NCBI GenBank assembly: GCA_007130465.1
Contig: SLSL01000055.1
Location: forward strand, 1-39,547
Direction of reading: 5' to 3'
DNA from: Halanaerobiaceae bacterium
Lineage (GTDB): Bacteria; Bacillota; Halanaerobiia; Halanaerobiales; Halarsenatibacteraceae
Length of the DNA: 39,547 nt
A program made the translations under genes and the position numbers. This document shows positions 1-9,363 of the stretch, in pieces; the first letter of the stretch is position 1; the number at the start of each line of letters is the position of its first letter. A model generated the notes under the pieces. It did no database searches and was not told where the DNA came from. It worked only from the letters and a program-made list of their open reading frames with translations.

Positions 1-39
1 GTTCTTTTTTGTCGCCTTTTCTCTCAGGCGACGATTATT

Positions 40-68
40 ATCATATCATTTCTACCGCTTTTCGTCAA
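40..68 (-). promoter_or_regulatory. Sigma-A promoter P2 of the same probable rRNA operon
   Basis: Minus strand TTGACG(63-68)-17 nt-TATGAT(40-45) with an extended TG, followed by a GTCGCCT/AGGCGAC hairpin (11-32). Confidence 0.75.
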
Positions 69-123
69 GGCCTATTTGAAAGTTTTTTTCGCCTCTTTTA
101 CTTTTTTTCAAGCGACATTTATT

Positions 124-152
124 ATACTAACATCATCTTTATTAACTGTCAA
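124..152 (-). promoter_or_regulatory. Sigma-A promoter P1 of a probable rRNA operon lying beyond the left edge
   Basis: Minus strand TTGACA(147-152)-17 nt-TAGTAT(124-129) with an extended TG, and A-tracts (UP-like) immediately upstream. Confidence 0.75.
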
Positions 153-174
153 GACTTTTTTTAAACTTTTTTAA

Positions 175-1257
175 TTAATTTATAGATTTTTCAATTACCC
201 CTCCACCCAGTACTATATCATTATCATAAAATACAGCTGACTGACCTGGTGTAACTGCCTGAGTAGGATCATTAAATAAGGCTTTCACCTTATTCCCATC
301 TTCTATTGGCATTATTTTACCAGGAACAGGCTCCGAATTGTATCTAATCTGAATCAAAATATTATTCAACTCTTCATCAAGCTCAGATATAGATAACCAA
401 TTGGGTTTATTAATTATTAAACCATGAGATTCTAAATGATTTCTGGGGCCTACTATTAAAGCATTATTCTCAGAATCAATATCAATAACATAAACAGGAT
501 GATTCATAGAAATCCCTAAACCTCTTCTCTGTCCAATAGTATATTTATGAAGACCTTCATGCTCTCCAATTTTTTCTCCATCATAATAATATATCGGACC
601 AGACATACTTAAATCTGGATAATTACTATCCAGAAACCTTTGGTAATCATCATCAGGAACAAAGCAGATCTCCTGACTATCAGGCTTATTAAACACTTTT
701 AACCCTATCTCTTCTGCAATTTCTCTGACTTGACCTTTTTTATAATCTCCTAAAGGAAATAAAGTTTTTCCAAGTTGATTTTGCTTAAAACCATACAACA
801 TATAAGTCTGGTCTTTATCTAAGTCTACAGGTCTTCTTAATATATACCTATCATCTTTCTTCTCTTTAATAGCATAATGGCCTGTAGCTATATAATCACA
901 ATCTAACTGCAGTGCTTTGTCAAGTAATGCTTTAAACTTTATTTTTTTATTACAGACAATACAGGGGTTAGGAGTCCTTCCTTTGCTGTATTCTTCAACA
1001 AAATTATCTATGACTTCTCTCTGAAAAACCTCTTTAAAATTAAGAGTATAATGAGGGATATCTAGCTTGGCCGCCACCCTTTTAGCATCTTCTATTGAAG
1101 ACAAAGAGCAACAACCTCCTTCTTCCTCAGATCTCTGTTCATAATCTGGAAATACTTCCATCGTAGCACCTATAACTTCATAACCATCTCGTTTTAGCAA
1201 AGCGGCAGCAACAGAACTATCAACCCCTCCACTCATTGCCATTAAAACTCTATTCAT
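175..1257 (-). CDS. mnmA: tRNA 2-thiouridine(34) synthase MnmA
   Basis: SGGVDS PP-loop, PNPCIVCN, ATGHYA, KDQTY, DSQEICF, YTIGQRRG, VTPGQSAVFY motifs. Confidence 0.97.
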   Translation of the reverse strand: MNRVLMAMSGGVDSSVAAALLKRDGYEVIGATMEVFPDYEQRSEEEGGCCSLSSIEDAKRVAAKLDIPHYTLNFKEVFQREVIDNFVEEYSKGRTPNPCIVCNKKIKFKALLDKALQLDCDYIATGHYAIKEKKDDRYILRRPVDLDKDQTYMLYGFKQNQLGKTLFPLGDYKKGQVREIAEEIGLKVFNKPDSQEICFVPDDDYQRFLDSNYPDLSMSGPIYYYDGEKIGEHEGLHKYTIGQRRGLGISMNHPVYVIDIDSENNALIVGPRNHLESHGLIINKPNWLSISELDEELNNILIQIRYNSEPVPGKIMPIEDGNKVKALFNDPTQAVTPGQSAVFYDNDIVLGGGVIEKSIN

Positions 1258-1640
1258 TATTCTTCATCTTTCTCCTCTGAATCAGATCTATATTTTTCTA
1301 TAGCATCTTTTATAGCGTCAGCAGCAAGATTAGAACAATGCATTTTAGCTGGAGGTAAACCATCAAGTGCCTCAGCAACCTGATCTTTACTTACTTTTAA
1401 AGCATCATCGAGGGACTTACCTTTAACAAGTTCTGTTACCATACTACTTGTAGCAACAGCTGCTCCACAACCAAAAGTAGAAAACTTAATATCTTTAATA
1501 TGATCATCTTCTATTTTCATATAAACCTTAATAATATCACCACAAGTTGGGTTACCAACTTCACCAATAATATCAGCATCCTCCATCTTACCTACATTTC
1601 TAGGATTTTGAAAATGATCCATAACTTTATCTGAATACAT
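1257..1640 (-). CDS. nifU: Fe-S cluster scaffold NifU/IscU
   Basis: MYSDKVMDHFQNPRNVG, GNPTCGD, FGCGAA, LPPAKMHCSNLA; three conserved Cys. Confidence 0.96.
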   Translation of the reverse strand: MYSDKVMDHFQNPRNVGKMEDADIIGEVGNPTCGDIIKVYMKIEDDHIKDIKFSTFGCGAAVATSSMVTELVKGKSLDDALKVSKDQVAEALDGLPPAKMHCSNLAADAIKDAIEKYRSDSEEKDEE

Positions 1641-1670
1641 AAAAACACACTCCTTAATATCTATTATAAT

Positions 1671-2843
1671 TTATCCATCATATAATGGAGACATATCTCT
1701 AATCTTTTGAATTACTCCTGGTAATTTATCTAATAAATAGTCAACCTCTTCTTCTGTTGTATTATAACCCAAAGAAATCCTTAAAGAACCATGAGCCACT
1801 TCATGGGACATACCAAGTGAGAGCAACACATGAGAAGGTTCCAATGAGCCTGAAGTACAGGCTGAACCACTTGAAGCAGCAATACCTAAGAAATCTAAGT
1901 TTAATAAGATAGACTCACCTTCAATATATCTAAAACAGAAGTTAACATTATTAGGCAGTCTCTTATCTCCTCTAGGGCCATTGAGAATAGCCTTGGAAAT
2001 ATTTTCTTCTATATTGCTAATGATTTTATCTCTTAACTTAATTAGCTTTTTCTGTTTTTCTGGTAGTCTCTTCCTGGCAAGTTCAGCAGCTTTACCAAAG
2101 CCTACGATTCCTGCCAGATTTTCTGTGCCACCACGACGCTTTCTTTCTTGAGCACCACCATTCATCTGTGGAATTAATTTAACGCCCTTTTTAACATATA
2201 GAGCTCCTACACCTTTAGGTCCATTTATTTTATGAGCAGATAGAGTTAATAAATCAACTCCTAGTTCTTGTACATCAACCTCTATCTGGCCTGCTGCCTG
2301 CACTGCATCAGTATGAAAATAAACTTCATGATCTTTAGCAATTTCAGCAATTTCTTTTACTGGCTGGATTGTACCAATCTCATTGTTAGCCATCATTATA
2401 GTTATTAAAATAGTATCATCTCTAATTGAATTTTCAAGATCTTCAAGATCTATAAACCCATCTCCATCTACCTCTAAATAAGTTACATCAAAACCTAAAT
2501 GCTTCTCCATAAATTCACAGGTATGAAGCACAGCATGATGCTCTATTTCACTGGTAATAATATGCTTACCTTTGTCTTTTAAAGCCATTGCTACACCTTT
2601 AATTGCAAGATTATCAGCTTCAGTACCACTACCAGTAAAAATTATTTCTCTACTATCTTCAGCATTAATCAAATCCTGAACTTTCTCTCTTGCTTCCATT
2701 ATTGTCTGGTTAGCTTTCTGTCCCTCCTGATATATACTAGAAGGATTACCAAACTCTTCTGTTAAAAAAGGTTCCATTTCCTGAAAAACCTTTTCATCAA
2801 TTGGTGTTGTTGCAGCATGATCAAAATAATATCTTTTATCCAT
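1671..2843 (-). CDS. nifS: Cysteine desulfurase NifS/IscS
   Basis: YFDHAATTP, GNPSS, HTDAVQ, SAHKINGPKG (PLP Lys), SSGSACTS. ATG at 2843 follows the RBS GAGGTG (ORF track starts at 2852). Confidence 0.96.
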   Translation of the reverse strand: MDKRYYFDHAATTPIDEKVFQEMEPFLTEEFGNPSSIYQEGQKANQTIMEAREKVQDLINAEDSREIIFTGSGTEADNLAIKGVAMALKDKGKHIITSEIEHHAVLHTCEFMEKHLGFDVTYLEVDGDGFIDLEDLENSIRDDTILITIMMANNEIGTIQPVKEIAEIAKDHEVYFHTDAVQAAGQIEVDVQELGVDLLTLSAHKINGPKGVGALYVKKGVKLIPQMNGGAQERKRRGGTENLAGIVGFGKAAELARKRLPEKQKKLIKLRDKIISNIEENISKAILNGPRGDKRLPNNVNFCFRYIEGESILLNLDFLGIAASSGSACTSGSLEPSHVLLSLGMSHEVAHGSLRISLGYNTTEEEVDYLLDKLPGVIQKIRDMSPLYDG

Positions 2844-2868
2844 AAATTTCACCTCATTAACTACAAAC

Positions 2869-3291
2869 TTAGTTTGATTTTATTTTTTCAGCTTTATTTT
2901 TCAGATCTTCTAAGGTATGAGAATCTAATACCTCTTCAATCTGATTACTCAAAATATTCCATAATTCATGGGTTGCACACTCTTCGCTCTGTTTGCACTC
3001 ATAATCTTCCTGAACACAGTTTACTGGACTAACTGGTCCCTCAAGCACCCTGAATATATCTCCTGCAGTAATATCTTTAGGATTTTTATTTAGCAAATAA
3101 CCTCCGTGGGCACCTCTAACACTTTTGACTAATCCTGACTTCCTTAAGTTGGCAAATAATTGTTCCAGGTATTGCTCTGAAATATTTTCTCTTTCAGCTA
3201 TTACTCTTAAAGGAATAGCTTTGCCATCTTCATGCAGAGCTAAATCAATCATTGCTCTAAGTCCATATCTTCCCCTTGTAGAAATCTTCAT
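2869..3291 (-). CDS. iscR: Rrf2-family regulator, IscR-like
   Basis: MKISTRGRYGLRAM, YLEQLF, SVRGAHGGY; C-x6-C-x5-C-x2-H cluster ligands; first gene of the nifS-nifU-mnmA operon. Start moved from 3360. Confidence 0.85.
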   Translation of the reverse strand: MKISTRGRYGLRAMIDLALHEDGKAIPLRVIAERENISEQYLEQLFANLRKSGLVKSVRGAHGGYLLNKNPKDITAGDIFRVLEGPVSPVNCVQEDYECKQSEECATHELWNILSNQIEEVLDSHTLEDLKNKAEKIKSN

Positions 3292-3306
3292 TTTTAATAC
3301 CACCCC

Positions 3307-3360
3307 ATACTTGAGTTTTATCCTCGGATTTATTCTACCACAGAATAAAATAACTGTCAA
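3307..3360 (-). promoter_or_regulatory. Sigma-A promoter with overlapping IscR-like operator
   Basis: TTGACA(3355-3360)-17 nt-TAGAAT(3332-3337) with an extended TG; imperfect palindrome ATACTTGAGTTTTATCCTCGGATTT at 3307-3331. Confidence 0.7.
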
Positions 3361-3373
3361 ATATTTTATTCAT

Positions 3374-4021
3374 TTATAAGTAAAAAGAATCCTCGATATT
3401 GATTCTTACTTTGTCAGATGTAATCTCTTTAACCTCTTTAATTAAATTATTAACAATATTATACTTCATAATTGCATTAATAACAAATTGGCCTTCCTCA
3501 TAACCCTGTTCTTTAATGTCTGCTTTGAATTTTTCTAATTGCCCTAAAACATCTCCTATATTATCATAGGAACCTTTAAATTTTAATCTTTTATATAAAA
3601 CTAGCCGTTTTATACCTGCTGCTTCTATTGCTAATTTTGCAGTCTCTCCATAGGCCCTTATTAATCCACCAATACCTAATTTAGTACCACCAAAATATCT
3701 AGTAACAACTACAACTGTATTTAGCAAATCGCCAGTTGAAATCTGTTGTAAAATCGGCTTTCCTGAAGAACCAGTAGGTTCGCCATCATCATCTGCATAT
3801 TCAATTATATTATTATTATCATAAACCCTATAAGCATTTACATTATGAGTTGCATCTGAATGTTTATCTTTAATATTATCTATAAATTCTTCAGCCATAA
3901 CAATATTACTACAGTTTTTTGCAATACCATAAAACTTACTATCTTTAACTTTATTAAATATCTCTTCAGAAGAATTCACAGTCTTATATTCTTCGCCCTT
4001 ATTCAGATGAATCACCGCCAT
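3374..4021 (-). CDS. yigZ: YigZ/IMPACT family protein
   Basis: VKDSKFYG, ATHNVNAY, DDGEPTGSSG, VVVTRYFGGTKLGIGGLIRAY. Confidence 0.93.
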   Translation of the reverse strand: MAVIHLNKGEEYKTVNSSEEIFNKVKDSKFYGIAKNCSNIVMAEEFIDNIKDKHSDATHNVNAYRVYDNNNIIEYADDDGEPTGSSGKPILQQISTGDLLNTVVVVTRYFGGTKLGIGGLIRAYGETAKLAIEAAGIKRLVLYKRLKFKGSYDNIGDVLGQLEKFKADIKEQGYEEGQFVINAIMKYNIVNNLIKEVKEITSDKVRINIEDSFYL

Positions 4022-5339
4022 TAGAAAGACTTTTTAAATCATTTAAAAATTTCTTTATTTTTCTCTCGCGTCCCAATCCATCAGGATGATATAATTCAAT
4101 ATCTTTATATTTATCTGGCAAATAGTTCTGTTTAACGTAATTATTTTCATAATCATGTGGATATTTATAGCCTTCCCCGTGTTTAAGGTCTTTTGAGCCA
4201 GAATAGTGGTTGTCCTTTAAATGATTAGGTACTTCACTATATTCATTATTTTTAACAAACTGTAAAGCTTTATCAATACCTTCAATAACTGAATTACTCT
4301 TAGGTGCAGATGCCAAATGAATTGTAGCCTGTGCCAGTGGAATTCTAGCCTCTGGCATACCAATATATTCAAGGGCTCTAACAGCACTTACTGCAATTTG
4401 TAAAGCTCCAGGATCTGCCATTCCAATATCTTCTGAAGCATGAACAATTAACCTCCGGCCAATAAACATCGGATTTTCTCCGGCTTCTAACATTAATGCT
4501 AACCAGTATAAAGCAGCATCTGGGTCAGAACCTCTAATACTTTTAATAAAAGCAGATATGACATCATAATGCCTATCCCCATCTTTATCATACTTAACAA
4601 TTTTTTCTTGTAGACTTTCAGCTATAATTTCTTGATCTAAATCAATTTTACCCTCTTTATCTGTTGGAGTAGAAAAAACAGCAATTTCTAAACCATTTAA
4701 AGCAACCCTGGCATCTCCATTAGCTTTGTCAGCTAAAAAATCAATTGCTTTTTCATTAATGTTGATCTTATAATCACCTAAACCATTTTTTTTATCTTTC
4801 AATGCCTGTTTTATAATCTTTTTTATATCTTCTTTTTCTAATGGTTCCAACTTAAAAACCCTGCTTCTAGATAATAAAGGTGAGTTAACTTCAAAATAAG
4901 GATTCTCAGTTGTAGCTCCAATCATTATTATTATTCCTTCTTCAACAGATGGTAATAAAGCATCCTGTTGAGACTTATTGAATCTATGGATTTCATCTAT
5001 AAATAAAATTGTCCTTTGATTATATAGCTTAATATTGTTTTCACCTTTTTTAATTACTGCCCTTAAATCTTTAACTCCTGAAGTCACTGCATTAAGTTTC
5101 ACAAAATCAGAATCAGTACGATCAGCAATAATCTTCGCCAGGCTAGTCTTACCAGTACCAGGAGGGCCATATAATATTAATGATTGCAACCTATCAGACT
5201 CAATCATTCTTCTTAATAGTTTGCCTTCACCAATAATATTTTCCTGTCCATAAATCTCCGAAAAATCTTTAGGTCGCATCCTATAAGCCAGTGGTTTATT
5301 TTTATCATTATTTTTTTGTTCACCAGAAAATAAATCCAT
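3999..5339 (-). CDS. rarA: Replication-associated recombination protein A (RarA/MgsA), AAA+ ATPase
   Basis: PLAYRMRP, GPPGTGKT, FIDEIHRFNKSQQD, ATTENP, SAFIKSIRGSDPDAA, YKYPHDY. Confidence 0.95.
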   Translation of the reverse strand: MDLFSGEQKNNDKNKPLAYRMRPKDFSEIYGQENIIGEGKLLRRMIESDRLQSLILYGPPGTGKTSLAKIIADRTDSDFVKLNAVTSGVKDLRAVIKKGENNIKLYNQRTILFIDEIHRFNKSQQDALLPSVEEGIIIMIGATTENPYFEVNSPLLSRSRVFKLEPLEKEDIKKIIKQALKDKKNGLGDYKININEKAIDFLADKANGDARVALNGLEIAVFSTPTDKEGKIDLDQEIIAESLQEKIVKYDKDGDRHYDVISAFIKSIRGSDPDAALYWLALMLEAGENPMFIGRRLIVHASEDIGMADPGALQIAVSAVRALEYIGMPEARIPLAQATIHLASAPKSNSVIEGIDKALQFVKNNEYSEVPNHLKDNHYSGSKDLKHGEGYKYPHDYENNYVKQNYLPDKYKDIELYHPDGLGRERKIKKFLNDLKSLSNGGDSSE

Positions 5340-5340
5340 A

Positions 5341-5931
5341 TTAATTTCTCCTATATTCTTTACAATTAATAATTTTCCCCTCAGTTATAATAAAATCAAC
5401 TGGCAAATCATATTTATTAGTTGGCACTTCATCAATAATATATTCACTATAAACAAAACTTAACTTTATAGGATTTCCCTCTCTATTATTGGAACGAGCC
5501 AAAAACCTATCATAAAAGCCACCACCATATCCAATCCTAAAACCTTTTAAAGAAAAAACAAGTCCAGGAACGATTATTAAATCTAAAAATGAAGGATCAA
5601 TTTTAGAATTAGAATTAATTGGTTCAAGAATTCCATATGCTCCTTCAGTTAAATCACTAAATTTATCAATCAAAACCGCATCCATTTCTTTTGTGTCAGG
5701 GTCTGGGGCTGGCACATAAACATCTCTGTTATCTTCTAACATCTTCTTTATTAAATGACGGGTCTGAACTTCATTTTTATAAGAAACATAAAGAAAGATT
5801 TTATCACTATTGCTATAAAAATCTGTTTCCAGGAAATTATTTACTATTCTCTTACTTTTAAATATAACTCTACTATCACTTAAATCCTCTCTTTTATTCA
5901 TAAATTTTTTTCTTAAATTATTTTTATTCAT
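5341..5931 (-). CDS. 5-formyltetrahydrofolate cyclo-ligase (YgfA/Fau family)
   Basis: K..LRK N-terminus, NEVQT, YGILEP, DLIIVPGLVF, RIGYGGGFYDRFL, DLPVDFIITE. ATG at 5931 follows AGGTG. Confidence 0.93.
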   Translation of the reverse strand: MNKNNLRKKFMNKREDLSDSRVIFKSKRIVNNFLETDFYSNSDKIFLYVSYKNEVQTRHLIKKMLEDNRDVYVPAPDPDTKEMDAVLIDKFSDLTEGAYGILEPINSNSKIDPSFLDLIIVPGLVFSLKGFRIGYGGGFYDRFLARSNNREGNPIKLSFVYSEYIIDEVPTNKYDLPVDFIITEGKIINCKEYRRN

Positions 5932-5948
5932 ATTTTTCACCTGAATTT

Positions 5949-5977
5949 ATAATACCAAAAAGGAAGGCTTTATGCAA
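5949..5977 (-). promoter_or_regulatory. Putative sigma-A promoter for cyclo-ligase-rarA-yigZ
   Basis: TTGCAT(5972-5977)-17 nt-TATTAT(5949-5954). Confidence 0.55.
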
Positions 5978-6006
5978 AATATTCTTGTGAAAATTGCATT
6001 ATAAAC

Positions 6007-6034
6007 AAAAAAACTGATTGGTATCCCAATCAGT
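6007..6034 (-). terminator. Intrinsic terminator of 6S RNA
   Basis: Perfect 9-bp stem ACTGATTGG-GATA-CCAATCAGT followed by a T run. Confidence 0.85.
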
Positions 6035-6039
6035 AGAAA

Positions 6040-6216
6040 TAAAGTCCCGCCATGCCGTGTGGATTTTAAATTTTGATCCCTGTCTGCCAGGTGGGTGCCC
6101 TCCTACTCGGTTTGTAAGTCCATCTAAGGCATTTACGCCGCGAGTAGAGTCCAGGCTCCCTGTGTATTAGTGTTGGTCAAAATTTTTAACCATCACGTAC
6201 ATGGCAGAACCAAATA
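6040..6216 (-). ncRNA. ssrS: 6S RNA
   Basis: About 175 nt with complementary ends (GTTCTGCCATGT / GCATGGCGGGAC), the Firmicute 6S motifs GGGAGC and GGCACCCACCTG, its own promoter and terminator, and a position between aspS and the cyclo-ligase gene. Ends approximate. Confidence 0.9.
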
Positions 6217-6227
6217 TTCCTTTAATT

Positions 6228-6256
6228 ATAATAACACATAAATACCACAAATGCAA
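6228..6256 (-). promoter_or_regulatory. Sigma-A promoter of 6S RNA
   Basis: TTGCAT(6251-6256)-17 nt-TATTAT(6228-6233) with an extended TG. Confidence 0.65.
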
Positions 6257-6271
6257 GGTTGATAAAGAATA

Positions 6272-8047
6272 TTATATATCCAATTTAAGATTTAATTCAT
6301 CAAGTTGACTCTTACTCACTTCACCTGGAGCTTTAGTTAATAATGAACCTGCTTTTTGATTTTTGGGGAAAGCAATTACATCTCTTATAGAGTCTTTCCC
6401 TGTTAAAATCATTACAATTCTATCAAGTCCAAATGCTACTCCACCATGTGGAGGAGTTCCATAGTCTAAAGCTTTTAATAAGAAGCCAAACTTCTCATCA
6501 GCTTCTGCTTTAGAAATCTTCAATAATCTAAATACTTTCTCCTGAAGGCTTCTTCTATGTATTCTTTTACTTCCTCCGCCAATCTCTTCGCCATTTAAAA
6601 CCATATCATATGCTGCAGCTCTGACATTAAGTGGATCATCATCTAAAAGATCAATATCCTCTACTTTAGGGGCTGTAAATGGATGATGTTCTGATTCAAG
6701 TCTATCTTCTTCGTCATTATAATGAAATAGAGGAAAATCAACCACCCATAAAAAGTCAAATCTGTCTTCAGATATTAAGTTAAGTTTTTCTCCTAAATGA
6801 AGCCTTAAATGCCCCAGGGAAGTTACTGAAGTTTTATAGTCAGCAGCAACTAATAAAGCTAGATCATTATTTTCTACTTCAAGTTTTTCTTTTAGCTTAC
6901 TAATTTCTTCTTCAGATAAAAATTTAGCAATTGGAGATTTTACTCCCTCATCAGTAAATGCAAACCAGGCAAGTCCTTTAGCACCATAGGTCTTTACAAC
7001 ATCCTCTAATTTATCTATCTGACCTCTACTAAAGTCAGCTCCACCAGATACTTTTAACCCTCTTACTGTTCCATCATTATTAACAATATTTCTAAATACA
7101 TTAAACTTACTTTCAGTAAATATTTCAGATAAATCTTTTATTTTCATACCAAATCTAGTATCAGGGCTGTCGCTTCCATAATTATCCATAGCTTCTTTAT
7201 AAGTAATCCTATCAAAATTCAAATCAACTTCTATATCGCCAATAGCAAAAATATCTTTGATCATTTCTTCCATTTCTAACATGAATTTATCCTGTTCAAA
7301 GAAAGATATTTCAATATCAATTTGAGTGAATTCTGGCTGCCTATTAGCTCTTAAGTCTTCATCTCTAAAACACCTGGCAATCTGAAAATACTTCTCCACA
7401 CCTGAAGACATTAAGAGTTGTTTAAATAACTGAGGAGATTGAGGTAATGCATAAAACTTGCCTTTATTAACCCTGCTAGGAACAAGATAATCTCTTGCAC
7501 CTTCAGGAGTACTCCTTGTTAAAATAGGCGTTTCAACTTCCCAATAATCTCTTTTAGTTAAAAATTGCCTGGTCTTCTGCATAACAAGATGTTTTGTCTT
7601 TAAAGCATCTCTCATCTCTGGTCTTCTCAAATCAAGATATCTATATTCAAGTCTTAAATCTTCACCAACATCAGCATTATCTTCAATTAAAAATGGTGGT
7701 GTTTCAGATTCAGCAAGAACTTCAATATCATAACCTTCTAATTCAATCTCCCCTGTTGCCATTTCAGGATTAATATTATCATTAGGCCTTGCTCTTACCT
7801 TGCCTTCAATTTTTACAACATATTCTGACCTTAATCTATCAGCAATTTCAAAAGCTTCTTCAGAAATTGATTGATCAAATACAACTTGAACTATTCCACT
7901 TCTATCTCTAATATCAATAAATATTAATGAGCCATGATCTCTTCGTTTTTGTACCCAACCACATATTACTACCTTTTCTCCAATAAAATCTTTATTTATT
8001 TCAGCATTTTTATTGCTTCTAAGTTTATTAATTACATTTGATTCCAT
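6272..8047 (-). CDS. aspS: Aspartate--tRNA ligase
   Basis: [64 protein letters not shown]. Confidence 0.98.
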   Translation of the reverse strand: MESNVINKLRSNKNAEINKDFIGEKVVICGWVQKRRDHGSLIFIDIRDRSGIVQVVFDQSISEEAFEIADRLRSEYVVKIEGKVRARPNDNINPEMATGEIELEGYDIEVLAESETPPFLIEDNADVGEDLRLEYRYLDLRRPEMRDALKTKHLVMQKTRQFLTKRDYWEVETPILTRSTPEGARDYLVPSRVNKGKFYALPQSPQLFKQLLMSSGVEKYFQIARCFRDEDLRANRQPEFTQIDIEISFFEQDKFMLEMEEMIKDIFAIGDIEVDLNFDRITYKEAMDNYGSDSPDTRFGMKIKDLSEIFTESKFNVFRNIVNNDGTVRGLKVSGGADFSRGQIDKLEDVVKTYGAKGLAWFAFTDEGVKSPIAKFLSEEEISKLKEKLEVENNDLALLVAADYKTSVTSLGHLRLHLGEKLNLISEDRFDFLWVVDFPLFHYNDEEDRLESEHHPFTAPKVEDIDLLDDDPLNVRAAAYDMVLNGEEIGGGSKRIHRRSLQEKVFRLLKISKAEADEKFGFLLKALDYGTPPHGGVAFGLDRIVMILTGKDSIRDVIAFPKNQKAGSLLTKAPGEVSKSQLDELNLKLDI

Positions 8048-8067
8048 CTTGTCACTCCTAACATATA

Positions 8068-9327
8068 CTAATTATCAAATAAATTACTAATTTTTTCTGC
8101 TAATTCATTTAAAACAACAGAAAATTCTTCTCCACTTCTCATATCTCTTAAAGTAGCTTGCCCTGACTCTAATTCTTCAGTACCTAATATGATTGTATAG
8201 TTACTATTTTTCCTATCAGCATCTTTCATCTGACTTTTAACACTCCGTCCAAAGTAATCTTTATCAGCAGAAATCCCGGCTTCTCTTAACTCATTTAGAT
8301 ATATAAAACCTTTTCTTTCTGCCTCTTCGCCAATAGTTACAATATAAATATCAATTCCTGAACCTATATCTAATTCTTTATCCTCTAATAGAATTTCTAA
8401 TCTTTCAAGGCCAAGAGCAAAGCCAACGCCAGGAATATCTCTATCTCCAATCTCCTTAACTAACCCATTGTACCGGCCACCAGCAAAAATTGCGTCCTGT
8501 GAACCAAGCTCATCTGATTTTATCTCGAAAGCTGTATTGGTATAATAATCTAAACCTCTAACTAAAGTTGGCACTTCTCGATATTCAATCATTAAACTAT
8601 TCAATCCACTTTTAACTTCTTCAAAATCATCTTTACATTTATCACATAAATTATCCGTTATTTTAGGTGCCTCGCTAATAATCTCCTGACAGCTTTCAAC
8701 TTTACAATCAAGAACCCTCAATGGATTTGTTTTTATTCTTCTCTTGCAATCATCACACAATTCTTGATCAACACTAGAAAAGTAATCTCTTAACTTATCT
8801 AAATAACCTGGTCTACATTCTTTACAACCAACAGAATTAATCTCAACAACAAAATCAGATAAACCAACTTCTTTTAAAAAATCAATACCTAATTTTATTA
8901 TTTCAACATCAACTAGCGGGTTATCACTACCTAATACCTCAACACCAAACTGATGAAACTGTCTATATCTACCTGCTTGAGGACGCTCATATCTAAACAT
9001 TGGTCCTGAATAAAAAAACTTAAAAGGTAACGCTTTACCATATAATTTATTTTCAATAAAAGACCTTACTACAGGAGCAGTTCCTTCTGGTCTTAAAGTT
9101 ATGCTTCTACCAGCTTTATCTTCGAAAGTATACATCTCTTTCTCAACAATATCAGTTGATTCTCCTATTCCACGAATAAATAAATCAGTGGATTCAAATA
9201 TTGGAGTTCTAATCTCTTTATAATTATACTTTCTGCATATTTCTTTCGCTTTCTCTTCTAAATATTGCCATTTAAAAGAATCCGGGGGCAAAATATCATT
9301 TGTCCCCCGGGGAGCATTTATAGACAT
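8068..9327 (-). CDS. hisS: Histidine--tRNA ligase
   Basis: [44 protein letters not shown]. Confidence 0.98.
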   Translation of the reverse strand: MSINAPRGTNDILPPDSFKWQYLEEKAKEICRKYNYKEIRTPIFESTDLFIRGIGESTDIVEKEMYTFEDKAGRSITLRPEGTAPVVRSFIENKLYGKALPFKFFYSGPMFRYERPQAGRYRQFHQFGVEVLGSDNPLVDVEIIKLGIDFLKEVGLSDFVVEINSVGCKECRPGYLDKLRDYFSSVDQELCDDCKRRIKTNPLRVLDCKVESCQEIISEAPKITDNLCDKCKDDFEEVKSGLNSLMIEYREVPTLVRGLDYYTNTAFEIKSDELGSQDAIFAGGRYNGLVKEIGDRDIPGVGFALGLERLEILLEDKELDIGSGIDIYIVTIGEEAERKGFIYLNELREAGISADKDYFGRSVKSQMKDADRKNSNYTIILGTEELESGQATLRDMRSGEEFSVVLNELAEKISNLFDN

Positions 9328-9363
9328 AAATTTTCCATCCTTTCAAAATCAACTATCTTTTTA

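Noticed and set aside
5972-5999. Inverted repeat ATGCAA-N16-TTGCAT overlapping the cyclo-ligase -35 box
   Set aside because: Only 6-bp arms in AT-rich DNA; cannot be told apart from chance
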